A stretch of DNA of 50,118 bases from Trichoplax sp. H2 (Eukaryota): assembly GCA_003344405.1 (NCBI GenBank), contig NOWV01000316.1, positions 1 through 50,118 of the forward strand, given 5' to 3'. A model generated the notes under the pieces. It was not told the DNA's origin, ran no database searches, and worked only from the letters and a program-made list of their open reading frames with translations. This document shows, one piece after another, positions 1 through 13,229 of the stretch (within the stretch, counting starts at the first letter, position 1; each line of letters opens with the position of its first letter). Position numbers and translations under genes: made by a program.

Positions 1-159
1 AACTTGAATTGAATAATTCAAGAAAGAACAAAAAATAAACTGCACTACCTGACTAAAAGATCATTGAAAATGGGGAATATTGTCGTCAGTTCTGAGCGTA
101 CTTTCTTCTCGTGGCTTTGTATCCCAAGTAGCTGCAAACTGTGCAACGTATCATCACCT

Positions 160-530
160 ACAGACTACAGTACAGTACTGTAGGGTAGAAGATGTTGACG
201 TGTCGTCTGCCGCCAGTCATTTGAACCTATCGATCAATCAGTTCATACTAACATTGATGACATCACTCGAGTATCGAGCATGAACGTCATAATCATCATA
301 CACTGTACTGTAGACTGTAGACTGTAGCGTACAGTACAGTGCAGTCGTCCTTTCCATCGATCACATGATTCAATTCAGTCTAGCGCACGTGACATGGTGT
401 ACCGGTACAGTACGGCTTACTGACTGACGGTACTGGACCGCCTGTCGTGTTATATAAGCTGTACGGTACAGTACCGTACTGCACTGTAATACTGTACACT
501 ATACAGTACTGTACGGTATACTGCGTCACT
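160..530. repeat. TACAG/CTGTA pentamer low-complexity island
   Basis: Dense runs such as actacagtacagtactgtag (164-183), cactgtactgtagactgtagactgtag (301-327) and ctgtacactatacagtactgtac (492-514). Confidence 0.85.
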
Positions 531-586
531 AGTTTGCTTACGGAATGGAACGGAAAGAGATTGCTTAATCTCTCACACTTAGCAGT

Positions 587-1232
587 ACAACCGTGCGGAC
601 AGACAGAAATTCAGCTTTATTGACAGGCTGTACGGAGTACAGTACAGTAGTAACAGTACTGTACAGTAAAGACCCATATTTTACAGACTTACAACTATGC
701 GGACAGACAGAAATTCAGCTTCACTTACAGGCGGTACTGAGTACAGTACAGTAGAGACCCTCCTTATTTTGCAGACTTACAACCGTGCGGACAGACAGAA
801 ATTTAGCTTTATTTACAGGCTGTACTGAGTACAGTACAGTAGAGACCCTTATTTGACAGACTTACAACCGTGCGGACAGACAGAAATTCAGCTTTACTTA
901 CAGGCTGTACTGTGTGCAGTAGAGACCCTTATTTTACAGACTTACAACTGTGCGGACAGACAGAAATTCAACTTTACTTACAGGCGGTACTGAGTACAGT
1001 AGAGACCCTCCTTATTTTGCAGACTTACAACTGTGCGGACAGACAGAAATTCAGCTTTATTTACAGGCTGTAGTCGCTGTACTGAGTACAGTACAGACTG
1101 TACTAGTAGAGACCCTTATTTGACAGACTTACAACCGTGCGGACAGACAGAAATTCAGCTTTACTTACAGGCTGTACTGAGTACAGTACAGTAGAGACCC
1201 TTATTTTACAGACTCTCTAAAAAGGGTCTCTA
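587..1232. repeat. Minisatellite, 7 copies of an ~80-105 bp unit, ending in a stem-loop
   Basis: The core (g/a)tgcggacagacagaaatt recurs near 593, 697, 786, 870, 950, 1034 and 1137, each followed by tacaggc..gtac..agagaccc. The array ends in tagagaccctt...aagggtctcta (1192-1232). Confidence 0.92.
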
Positions 1233-1639
1233 GTGAACAGTAAAGAAGCGTGAGAGATATGGAGATGAGGGAGTACCTTGAGGATAAAGTTTCTACACTA
1301 TTTTACAGCACACTAGCTTTCATGGATTTCCATCATGATGCTATAGTACCATACATAGAATCTCTTCATTACTGTACAGTACATAAGAAGTTTTCTACTG
1401 TTTCCAACTTTTCCCTGTTGGACTGTGTAATAAAATCATAAACAAACTAAATTCAATTCCATTTTTTTGGGGGGGGGGGGTTATGCTGTACTGTACACTG
1501 TACAGTACAGTACAGTAAGTAATAAACATTGAAAAATCTCTTGGAATTTCAATTTTTATATTCTGTATGACTCTGCTCTATACTTGGGCTTTTACATGAC
1601 GTTATTGTAGAGGTCAGGATTACTTGATGTGCTTGATCT

Positions 1640-2570
1640 ATCCTTCATTAGCCCATGCTAGATTGACATTTTTATATAGCACCTCAAGCGATATCCTACA
1701 GTAGTACTGCCGTTGAATTTCATCATTCAGTAGCAGACGAGTGTGCTCCTAATTACGAACTGCACAGTTTACCACTCGTGAGAATAATGCATAGGACGCT
1801 TTAGAGGCATCTTCCATCGTCATCCTCAGAAGCATTAAAGTCAAGCTGAAATGTCAATAGCACAAAACGCTTACAAGTTGGAAAAAATAAAAAAGTCTCA
1901 GGGTGGATATTGGATACAAGTTCAGGTCATTGTTTGGCTTCTAATTCACTATCATAATTAAAGGCAAACTTTATTTGGACTGCATCATACCACATAGTGA
2001 GACTGTATGACTCCACCGGTGGATGACATCATTGATATGGTCATTGATGGCAACATTGAAAGGCAGACGGTTCGCTGTGTAATTCACCTCACACGCTTCA
2101 GCCTCATTATTAGAAGAATATACTGTGGTATTTGCATAAATCAATATTGATGTTCATACTGTACTGTATACTGTAGAACAAGCACTGTACACACTACTGT
2201 ATACTGTAGGCTATCGTGACCAGTGCAATCGACTTGCGCCGCTCGTCACAACTGATTGGATTGAAGCTATTGGACGCTTCAGTGGCAGTCGGTGACTCGG
2301 CGTGAGTCATTCACTTCAGTTAATGGCGCAGTGGTAGAGAGAAATCAATTTCTTGGGGTTATTCGCCATTGAAACTTGAGCAGTTAAAGTGGTTCTTCTT
2401 TTTCACTTGCAGATAGTTTTTAGACAGCATCCCTTTAAACTGGAGAAATAGCCTATCCACGCATCCTATCAATCCTTTCTCAATCAGGTAGGGTTCCATT
2501 GACATTTTTCAGTGACAATCACCAGTCACCATCGATTTTAGCCTGAGATAGGTGTACATACATTGTCAAT
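1640..2570 (-). mobile_element. Probable heavily degenerate Ty1/copia LTR-retrotransposon remnant (gag N-terminus plus RT fragments)
   Basis: Minus-strand fragments with stops and frameshifts: AKIDG../H*KMSMEPYLIEKGLIGCVD (~2455-2545) resembles the copia gag N-terminus. WYDAVQ (1975-1992), FSRVV (1770-1784), TRLLL (1728-1742), EVLY and KMSI*HGL resemble copia RT motifs (W..AM, FSPVV, IRLLL, EIYM, KSIYGL) in the expected order. No LTRs recognised. Confidence 0.45.
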
Positions 2571-5126
2571 TTTCCTTCTTGAATTTGGACTTTTGAATCG
2601 ATCTAGTAACCTTTGACTTATGTTTAGCAATTAGGATTGATTGATCCTCGTTATTATCCTAGTCTTTAGAATACAATTATTCAATGGTCGTTTAGACGAC
2701 TAATGAGAATATACTGTACTCAGATCAACATTACAAGTCTACCGTAGTTTCACTTGAAGGGACAACTTAAAATTGTCGGTGTTTGAAAACACAGCCGTGG
2801 TCAACTTGACCTTATTCAAAAGTTACTTTATCCTCACTCATGTAATGTCTTTGATGGATGTCGTACAGGATAAAAGTACCTGTGCAAGTGTGCATTATAG
2901 CTGCATCTGAGAGGTTTTTACTCCACGGTCAATAATCGACAAGGTGCACTTTTGCATCATCTGTGCTACTTTTCTTCCTCATTACACCCGCTACGTAGCC
3001 TGTAAAACAGACGAGTACAGTAGTGTCGATGACACATCTTATTGAGAATGATCGAATGATTCAAATACCTATTCGCCACAAGCTATTTTCGATAATGGTA
3101 GTTCCTAGATGCAAGGATACAGTGCATTCGCTCCAGCCTTCAATTTCTTACAGGCCTTGCTATGACTGTAGTGAGCACTGTATATTGCCATAACTTCGCC
3201 ACCTATGAAAATATCTCAAAGTCTGAAAAAGAACCTTTGCATAAATTTGAGTACACTGTTCACTAACCAAAAAAAGAATAATAATAATTCGACCGATTTG
3301 GGAACATTCTATCGGTAGCGGACTGTGGTGTGATGTTAGCAAAGAAACGCCGAAATATTGCTTATATTTTTACAACCCCCTACCGACTGTTATAAACGTC
3401 GTTTACTTGCCTTCCCTCTATGACTATACCGCATTCGCTGCAGTTGGTGGATCAAGTGAACTGAGTGTAATAATAAACTACAACGACGTATGTTAACAGC
3501 ATTTTACTGCAGGATTTGAATGTTGTAATTCTTCATTACTCGAATAAATTACTCCAACAAATTAATTATTCCACATTTGACACCTATATACTGTATTAAT
3601 GCACGATTTACTGCAGATAGACTTTCGAATGAAGTATTGTTACTGTACTACAGAAGGGTGTCCCAAATCATAATGATATCAAGGTACTGCATGGAATAGT
3701 ATTTCGATCGCGTTTCTGTTTTTTTATTTGCACCTATTATTTTTTCACAACATTCATTGAATAATAGCTTGAACTTTGAATTAATTATACTGTATTATCA
3801 AGCAGCCTTGGTCGATGTTGTTCATATATTCGTACAATGGAAGCGATATCTTAAGTGGTTCGAGACGATTCTGTAACTCAGTAATCGTTAACGAACGGAC
3901 GTTCCAATCTATATACGTAGTACGCACTGTACATATAATGATATCAGAATACAGTAGAACTCAAATTTAATTTGCAAAACGTATACGCTACCACGTACAT
4001 AATGGACAGTTTTTCACTCGAAATTAAAACGAAACCTGCTTCGCTACGAAACACCAGTGTTATAAATTTTGTGTATGATGGTGATCATAGTAGTGTTATT
4101 AGCTAAGTTGGTACGATTGCAATTTTACGTTTTAAAAGTACTAAATCAGGTAAAATTATGGATCAATACGGCATCTAATTAATTATAATGAATAAAATTA
4201 ACGAATTATTTTATGTAGATCGTTATATATATTTACGTTAACTTAGGCTTAATATTGTACTACAAGCATTCCTGATTGACTGCAATATTTGTAGACAAAA
4301 TGTACTTTATTGTGATACGGTAGAACGAATTATTCATCCTTTTTGGACCGACGTCTGTCAATAATCTTTACTACACGTACAGTATATCAGTCAGTTTATT
4401 AATGGGGTGAAGGTTTCTTTAACATGGATGCTGTGCAAGAATAACACTTCCCTTTGTACAATGAAAGGAAGCTTGTTTATAGTTTTGAAAGCATAAGTAA
4501 TAGAAATGCCACTCCTAAAATAGCTTTGCGTTTGTGTATCATGAAACGATGCCCTTTTGTGCTATTGTACCCGATTTTACAAATAATTACCTTGCTCTGT
4601 AGACAGTATACAGTTATTAGTATCGTAACAAAGTTCTTTGCAAATCGCAGTTATGAATACTGTACTATTTTCCTGTAAACCTATTTTAAAATCTCAAAAT
4701 CTTTTTCGACATCGTTAAGAAATCGTTATAGTTCAGCAATAATTTACATTTTTCACCTTCTACAAGATAGGGCTAGCCTGCTAGGTACTTTTCATTTGTA
4801 ACCAACCTTTTTTTGCACTGATGTCTACTGTGAGTTATCGTTAGGGAGTTCACTGCATTTTGTTTATTTTAACTTTTCCAAGTTGTTTCTAAATGGGAAT
4901 GTACAGCGCGTTGTACATACTGTACTTATTGGCACTAATAGATTAGATCAGACGGGCAAATTATTGAATCTAATTTTAAATAACCGTAGCCAATTTTAAA
5001 GTTGTCAGGTATGCTTATATTTTTTGGGTTTACTATTGTTTCTCCAATTATAGAGAACATAAGGACTACAATTTCAAACATTAATGGGCATTTGCTAGAC
5101 CTATTAGAACGACAATACATCTAATC

Positions 5127-8100
5127 ATGATAAATAGTAGTGGAATACGCCATGGTATGGGAGTTGAAGATAGTGACAACGAAGGAACAACCGAGTCCGA
5201 ATCTCACAAATTTCATCTTGGAAAGAAAGTGTCTAAATTAACGGATTATATATTCAAAGGGAAGAATAACGGAGATAGCCATAGCAACTCTTTAAATATT
5301 ATTAATAAATCCGATCTCAGCCGGTCTACGACTGATCTGGTAAGCGCTATCAGAACTCTTTCTTTAAGCTCATTAATTATAGGATACTACCAAATGCTGT
5401 AACAACTTATATAGTTAACAATACACTGAACGAATTTATTAAATTAAACTATACGCGTATCATCTTTAAACGTAGTACTGACTGACAAATTTGTTGTGTT
5501 ATCCAATAAGCATCAATGATGTACTAGCAAATTATGCTTACAATTGATGCCAGGCAATATAGTAATTCACGTACATCATTGTTTTCATTGCATTACATTT
5601 AGAATGATGAAACATTGGGGGATGAAGAAGATCAACTGGATGGATTTCTTGATAGTCAGGTAAAGCTACGACGGTGCGGCTCTTTATTGCCATGTTTAGT
5701 ACTATCATTGATAGTTCTTAACGCTACTATCGATGCTTTGATTTTCTCCTAATAGAAGCTTTCTCTTATTGTAATTTTCTGTGACTACTTAATGTTCATT
5801 GTGGATCGTGATAACGCATACTGTGATGTAACTTTTTTATATTTATAAAACGAAGTAATGAGGAGTCCAAGTCCAACTTTTTCATACTATGTCTTTGCAG
5901 CTTTGGATTTAGACAGCTACTATGTAATGTCACTACAGTATTTACTAATGGAAATTTTAACTTCTTGCTTAGCGTACTGCTATAGTAGAAGCTGAAGTAG
6001 AAAAGTTAAAGAAAAAAATTGAGTCAATTAAGGAAGACATCAATGAATTAACACAATTTCAAAACGGTACGCGCAGCTTGTGCTGGATATTAATCTGATG
6101 AAGGATTGCATGCCATTTCATAGTTTAACCAATCATTTAATAAACTCTTAATTATTTGTACTGATATATCGATATAATTGATTAACTCGAAGATCTGATT
6201 ATTTGGCAACTAATTATTATATGCTTTTATTTGATATACAGAAGTTATTGCTGATTACTTAAAGACCTATGATGATAACGATATTAGTCAAGATCAAGCA
6301 AAGTTAGTGAAATTATATGATGGTTCTTCATTGGTGGCTGTTATCAAGTGATATATAATTACCGTATATAACTTGGTAGCAGTTACTAGTTGCTATTGTG
6401 CTAGTCAATTATCTGTTTAGTACATCGGATAATAAAACACCGCTAAGGGAGAGTCGGTAATCGAATAGCCATTTTCCTCATATAATTTTAGGAAAAAGAA
6501 AGTCTTTGACAAAGAGGTTCAAAAGCGTCAAAAAGAAATTGCTACTAAACAGCGATCTTTAGAAAAACATAATAAACTGTTGTCGGTAAGTAACTCAAGT
6601 GGTTATAGTTGTCGTATAATACGTCCGTAAGTTAATAATAACTTAAGTAAATGTGCAATCAATTTAATTTGGCTAAGACACTCTTACGGGTTTTTTATCT
6701 TTAATTGAATTGTTATCATAATGTATTAGGAACTTGTAAATGACCCTCGACATCATAAAATGCATTTACGGTATGCCACATTTTATTAATTTTATGAGCA
6801 AAGTATACATAATCAAGTTTGCTATGTGGTATTAAGTAGCTTCTACCTAAATGTACTTTCTTTAGGACGATGACAAACAACATAAAATCCAGTTTATCGA
6901 GGTAGAAATTTAAACTTTATAGACTTTTAGATATTTAAGCAAATTTGATACTTGATGCGTAGATGTTACCATTCGCTGAGATAATATATTCTTTGCATGC
7001 AGCGCTGTAAGCAGTACAAAGCAGTTATTAATTCCGAAAACGTCGACACTAGCGGGTAGCAATGAAAATCTCCATCGGCTTGGTAACTCTAATGGATATA
7101 CTGTAGTTCTTAAAGTTTTATGCTAATTAATTTGACAACCTGTTCGATTTCGAGTAAAAATAATTTTTGTTTACTCTTTTAGATACAGAAGCATCTAATA
7201 GTTTTAATGTTGTTGATACCACGGATGTTCGATCGAGAAGTATAAGCGCTACGGAACCAATTGTAAAGTCTAAGAGCATCCATAGGTATACGAAACACTA
7301 TCTTGCATATCTAGTTATAAATTTTAAATAAAGTTTTATCGAGTAGTTCATCGAGAATATGGTGAATTAAGGTTTGATATTTATGTAGTAGGCCTGATAG
7401 TAGAAGTGGAAATGAATTTCCAGAAACAACAGATGAGAAACAACTTCTACGGTTAGTAAATTAAGTGATACCATTTTTATTCTGTAATTGAATTTTATAT
7501 AGTAATATTTTAACGTTCATGCTGCCGTACTTATAAAAAATAAATTTTTTAAATAGTAATTCAACAGAAAGTATTTCTAAAGTATCACGCAGCTCAAATG
7601 AAGCCTCTCCAACTGCACAGTCGGAATCGTTACAGATAAAGATTGAAGGAGAAATTATGCCTGCTATTAATGAATTGAGAAATACCGTTAAGGCACTTTC
7701 TACCAAAGTTTCTAGCCTCAAGAAATCTCAGCAAATTTTAGAATTAGCCATTGATAGATCAAATGTAATCAACAAGAACTGAATATTGCTTGTACTGTAA
7801 CAGTAATTTACAGTATATCTATAGTATAAGTTTGTATAATTTACGCATTTCATGACTAGTTTTGTATATTGTTAGGAGGATAGCAAGAATCGATTTCAAG
7901 AAATAGCTGAGGATTATGAAGAAGATAGAGATCATATTCATGTAAGGTTATTCATATTATTTCGCTAATTGTATTTTTTTTTAATTGATGAACTTGTTTT
8001 CCATCTATGTATTGTCTGAGTAGAGTATTGAGGATCAGCTGAATGAGTTTATTGACCTTCGACAAAATGAGGTAAGATGTACCTCTTATTATAGTTATAA

Positions 8101-8883
8101 TGTTCTCTCTGCAATACGACTCGTATAGTAACTTGGTGGTATTCAATCTAGTTAGTTTCAATGAAGCTAATATAATTAAATTCTCTAGATGGACCTCATA
8201 TACTGTAGAATTCTAACATTTTGGTTAAATTTGATAGACGTATGAATTAAAAGCTGAATTGGAAAATGTTGAAGAACGAACGGATTATCGCCTAAATGTC
8301 TTTTCTGGAGATTTAGATGATTTTTTTAGCTCTTATCATACTAAAGTTAGTAGCTCAACTTCTGAGTGCAAATGTATTGCACCATAGAATTAGTATTAGA
8401 TTGCCATTTGAGTTAATTGCTTATAAGTGCGTTTGCATGTAAATTTTAGATAAAGGAAATAGAAAATAGATTAGATCAGCTGCAAAAGCCTATGGATTAT
8501 GAAGGTTTAGGGTTAAAAAGTGGTGATGCGATATCTTCAGCCCTGAATATTGGCATTAGTTTTGCGACATTTTTATTAATGTTTGGCAGTGCTGTATTCA
8601 AAGGCATTAGACCTTTTATTAGAACTAAGTATGCCAGAATGTTAATTAAATTGTAGCAATGTTCGTAAAAAAAATGAAATTCCTTTAGAATTTAATGAAA
8701 CTAAGAAATTGTTTTGGTTTGCTATTACACAGAGCTCGCTTATGCATAACATTGGTAGCCACATTGTTCATTGCAATCTTTTGGAAACGCATGATCGAGT
8801 CTGATTCGACTGATACCCTGGATGAATGGATCTTATATAACTTACCATTTTTGAAAAAATTAAGATTCTATAGAACTACATGA
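5127..8883 (+). CDS. TMCC: Transmembrane and coiled-coil domain protein (TMCC/TEX28 family), multi-exon
   Basis: Exon 1 is 5127-5339 (GT donor at 5340). Later exons encode VIADYLK, KKVFDKEVQKRQKEIA..LEKH, IEDQLNEFIDLRQNE and ELKAELENVEERTDY, matching TMCC motifs (VAEYLK, KQVFEKKNQK, LEEQLNDLTELHQNE, LKQELASMEEK). Two C-terminal hydrophobic helices follow, with TGA at 8881-8883. Confidence 0.85.
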
Positions 8884-9831
8884 CAGATTGACAGTAAAGT
8901 GCAAAACAGTAATATGGCTGATTATATCCTACGTATTATATTTAACCTTTGTTAATATTGAATGAATGTCCGTTATTTTATCTTTTTTAAAATCTCTATT
9001 GATATATAATCTGGTGCTTCACAAGACAACCAGAGTTGCTTCAATGGTTTGATACTATAATCTGTTGCAGGAATTTATTCATTGCTCTGTAACTTCATAT
9101 TGTATGATCATGTTAGAACTGGATTAGCTTGATCGTTAGATGTATATATATATATTTATAAAAGAAATTTAAAGACTAGGATACGATAGAATGTCAAGCG
9201 ATTATTTTACTACTTAAAATGTTATGCTATACTTGTGGTGGCACTGAAAAGTATCTTCAATAGTCAATACGCAAGCTAGAAATCATTAGTCAAGATGAAT
9301 TACACATTTTTGAATCATGGACTATTTAATTTAAGGTGATTGATTGCAATCACTGAAGGGATACTGCAAGTGATGATAAGAGCAAATGCGTATTATATGT
9401 CAGTTATAATTTAATAAGAAAATTTCAAACTGAAACTATTTTACAATCCTTGCACATAGTTCTACGTGAAAAATTTTTAAATAGGTTTTATTTTACGCAT
9501 TTGTTTATTGGCTATTAGAATACAATATCTAATTTGACTATTTTTTAGAATTCGATCGCCGCTATAATTTGTTGTACTGAGATGCTATTCAGAATATCTG
9601 TTAGCGTATGATTTTATATACTGTTTGGATCGATCTCAATCGCGATTATGATGTATCGCGAAATATAATTTACATAGGCTTAGTACATTTTCAGGTCATC
9701 AATCAATTAATTTATATGCAGAAATAAATATCCTAGAATTTAAGATCAACGCTTACAAATACAATTGTTTAGGAACGTGGAACAATTACTAGTCTTTGCT
9801 GACATAAAGTATAGTGCTGTATGTAGCTTGA

Positions 9832-12800
9832 CTATTTGTTGTGCGATTTTTTGTGTTTGTGATGATGGCGATGATGGTGGTTATCGTCTTTACTGCGTCG
9901 ATGGTGATGCTGACTGTAGTCACTGTCGCTATGTTTACTAGAATGAGATCGTGGTTTGTCCCGAAAATGACTGCGATGGCGATGAGAGTAGTGTTCGTCT
10001 GCAGAGTCATGTCTTCGTTCACGACGATCGGATTTTGTTTCTTTTCTTGACTTTAATTTTAATTGCTCATCGACGACAGTATCTGTCTTTTGGCTAGCTA
10101 TGTTTTTATTGTTAGTCACCTCATTCCTGGAATCGTTGTTAATACTTTCAGTACTATGACTAGAATCTCCAATCATTGATTCTAAGTATTTCATTTGTAA
10201 TTCGATCAAGTCACGATGAACCTGCAACAACGAAATACTGCTTTGTTAAATCACTTACAAGATCATAATCATGACTACATTAATTAGCGGATGGTTTGAG
10301 CATTTATACAGTACACAAGGCTAAAGTATTGTAATGTCCATTCAAAGTTTACAGAAAATAATAATTCATAGAACTTACCTGGGTAGGCGTGCGTTTCGTA
10401 ATATGTACATTTTTTGCCCTGTAAGTCTGTCTTCTTCTCTTGTAGTCGCGCTGTTCAGCAAGTACCTCTAAATGACTTTTGGTCTTATCAGTATTATTAT
10501 TGCCTAATATGATTTATTACAAATAATTAATGTAATTTGTTTAAATTAGTTATATTAAGGCAATTACTTTTGCTGCTACAATAATAGTCACATTTTACTT
10601 TATATATTTAATTCTGATGTCATAAACCGTACATAGTTCTTGGATGGTATCAAAATCAATTTGAAGTTCCTCTAATGTAGCTCTAGTTTTGGGCTTCATG
10701 GCATTTACGCGCTGTCAGGAAATACGTACCGTGTAACATCCAATCACATGTATTGTAATTGTTAAATTTAACTGAGATGACAAATAATTTCTAGAGGATG
10801 TTTATGAACCGACCTTAATGATATCTTCGTAAATAGCTAATCGCTGCTCAGGTGTAAATATGCAAGCCATTTTATCTGGTGATAGGGCATAATTAACTGT
10901 AGTTATAACACCCTCAGACACCTAATGTAATAAAAATGAAAGTTTAATCTAAAGATGTTTGTAACAAAGTCGAAAAACTGTTATCTATTCCTAAAGTATG
11001 TAATTACTTTTGAACGTACATTTTGGAAGTGCAGTTGATATGAATTCTGATTCGTATCGTCATTAATTTCAGAATTGCTTCTCAATTTTATTTTTATACC
11101 TTGAATGGCTTCATTTACTTCATTCTGGAACAAATATAAGCTAGATGGTTATCACTAAGAGCATCATTTGGCTGTTTTACTACAAGTCATTACCTGGTCT
11201 AGTTTATATTGATGGCTTATTTTCATGGTCCATAAAAACTTCCACAGTTCTAACACAAATTCTTGACCCTCTAACGATATGTTTTTATATTAATTAATTA
11301 AGTCAAAATAGTATAACAGCAATTAAGCTTACTGCTTTGTAGAGCGAACCATAATGTTCGTACGAGTTTATTGGGTTGGCATAAAGTTTGACTGTGTAAA
11401 TTTCTTATAATGATGTTAGTAACTTCAATTTCACTTCCCATAACGGACCTGACAATCAATAACAATTAATTTCAATCGTAGATCAATAGTTTGTGAAAGC
11501 AATTTTATTGGTAATATAGACTATCTATTCAAATGAACCAACAACTTACTCGAGATAATTCGTTTTAGGCAGATTTTTAATTATCCAAGATTTTATGGTA
11601 TTAGGGTCCATTATCAACGTATCAATATTCAGGTAATTTTTAGGAATGGCTTTCCAACTGTGGATTTTCCTGCAGTTACGTTAATTATTAGAACAAAATG
11701 ATCTTGGAGTGTAAGAAATTAAAATAATACTGATAATAATATGTATTTCGTGCTAATAGGGAATATAAATATTGTCTGAAGACTAGTTCAATAAGAAAGT
11801 TAACGTGGTATACTTTATTTTTTCCATTGGTATGGTTTCGTATTCAATATCGGTAGATATATCTTTATGTTCTATATTGATATCGGAGAGTTGATTTGAA
11901 GATTCCAACGTCATAATATCCTTGGGGTCTATAACGCTAGAATCTTGATCTATTTCGCTAACAATTGTCTACGTATGAGTATAAATAGGAAAAAAAGATG
12001 ATGACTATAGTTTAGAGAGACAACGTATTGTGTTCCTTCATAATGTGTCAATAAAATATGTCTTGTACACAAAATACAGTTTGTCTAAAAATTCTCAAAT
12101 AGTAAATATACATAAGATAGGGTAAATGAAATTGTGGAACTATTACTTACAGCTGAGGAAGTGCAATTGTCGTCGTTTGTGGTGGCATTTATTTCAACAT
12201 TTGAATAATCTGCGTAAAATATCAGGATGCATGAGAAATAACTCAAGATATACGTGACATATACAGTATCTATGCTATTTCATTTTATTCTTGAATCTTA
12301 ACTGGAATAATGTATGATTAGCAATTGACTTAGAGAACAGTTTACAAGATATGTGCAGAAATAACGGATTGTCGATTTATTGACTGTATCTTTTGAGTTG
12401 TTTCCTTGGGTGATGTATAAAAGGAAAGCTATACTATTGTCATCCGAGAATTACTACTGTACGGAGCAAATTTGAAGTGATTACTTGTAGAAAGGCCTGC
12501 AGCAATGTCGCCAAGTTGTAAGGATAGTAAATATTACAATACCATGATATTTATTCTGACCTGTAAGTATTGATGAAACTGAAGAGTTTGGTTGGTAGAA
12601 GAATTTGGATGTAGGTATTTCAATCTGATGTTATAATATAATATATCAAGAGTTTAGACAATAACTCGTCATTATAACTTGCAAGATCATTGAAGAAAAA
12701 GCGAGCTATTACAATATGATTATTGGCAATTATTTTATAGTTATATAGTACCTGATTATAGAAACCTTGCTCCTTCAACATACATTTCTTAGTATGTTTT

Positions 12801-13229
12801 TCTAAAGACGAGCGCGGTATGCGATGATTAACATTGATAGGGCATGAAACTATTTCATTCTGTAAAAGTACATTTAAAAGATGGGTTATGGTGTACATGC
12901 TGAGATCAAGCGAATCATTTCAAACACGAATGCTGTACAATATAATCGATACAAACATTATATTGTATTGGCTACCGCAAGCGATAATGATGTTAAGCAT
13001 CATGCTATAGAAATTTTAGTATGCAAATCGCTCTATTTTTACCCGAGAATACAATTGAAGTAGTGATGCAATGTGATTTCAGATAGGAATGAATTCTTCT
13101 GTGCCTTACCTCTAGTAAAAATTGATCTCTATCCAGTCCGATTTTATCAATGAGATGAGATAACTGGCGATTCGTTTGGGTGATAAACTCTTGAATATTT
13201 TTGAAGGTTAAATTGATATTATCTTCCAT
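9832..13229 (-). CDS. SNRNP48: U11/U12 snRNP 48 kDa protein (minor spliceosome), multi-exon, with an inserted PWI-like domain
   Basis: Exon 2 (12752-12859) encodes the CHHC zinc finger CPINVNHRIPRSSLEKHTKKC. Exon 3 has the FFY motif. C-terminal exons encode KSHLEVLAEQRDYKRRRQTYRAKNVHITKRTPTQVHRDLIELQM, followed by an R/H/K-rich tail. Introns are GT-AG. Confidence 0.92.

Noticed and set aside
587..1232. CRISPR-like appearance of regularly spaced repeats here and in other arrays
   Set aside because: The intervening sequence is itself repeated rather than unique spacers, the context is eukaryotic, and no cas genes are present.
2700..3342. Short ORFs and exon-like segments upstream of TMCC
   Set aside because: Stops occur in all frames, with no recognisable motif and no consistent splice chain.
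9789..10050. Alternative-frame and antisense ORFs over the SNRNP48 last exon (similarly 16068-16256, 24230-24418, 36284-36487)
   Set aside because: They are shadows of real coding exons or of low-complexity codons.
9832..13229. Canonical tandem USSE (duplicated RTATCCT) or U12-type introns in SNRNP48 and neighbouring genes
   Set aside because: No tandem U11-binding motif was found. All reconstructed donors are U2-type GT (one GC), and RTATCCT matches fall in exons or at acceptors.
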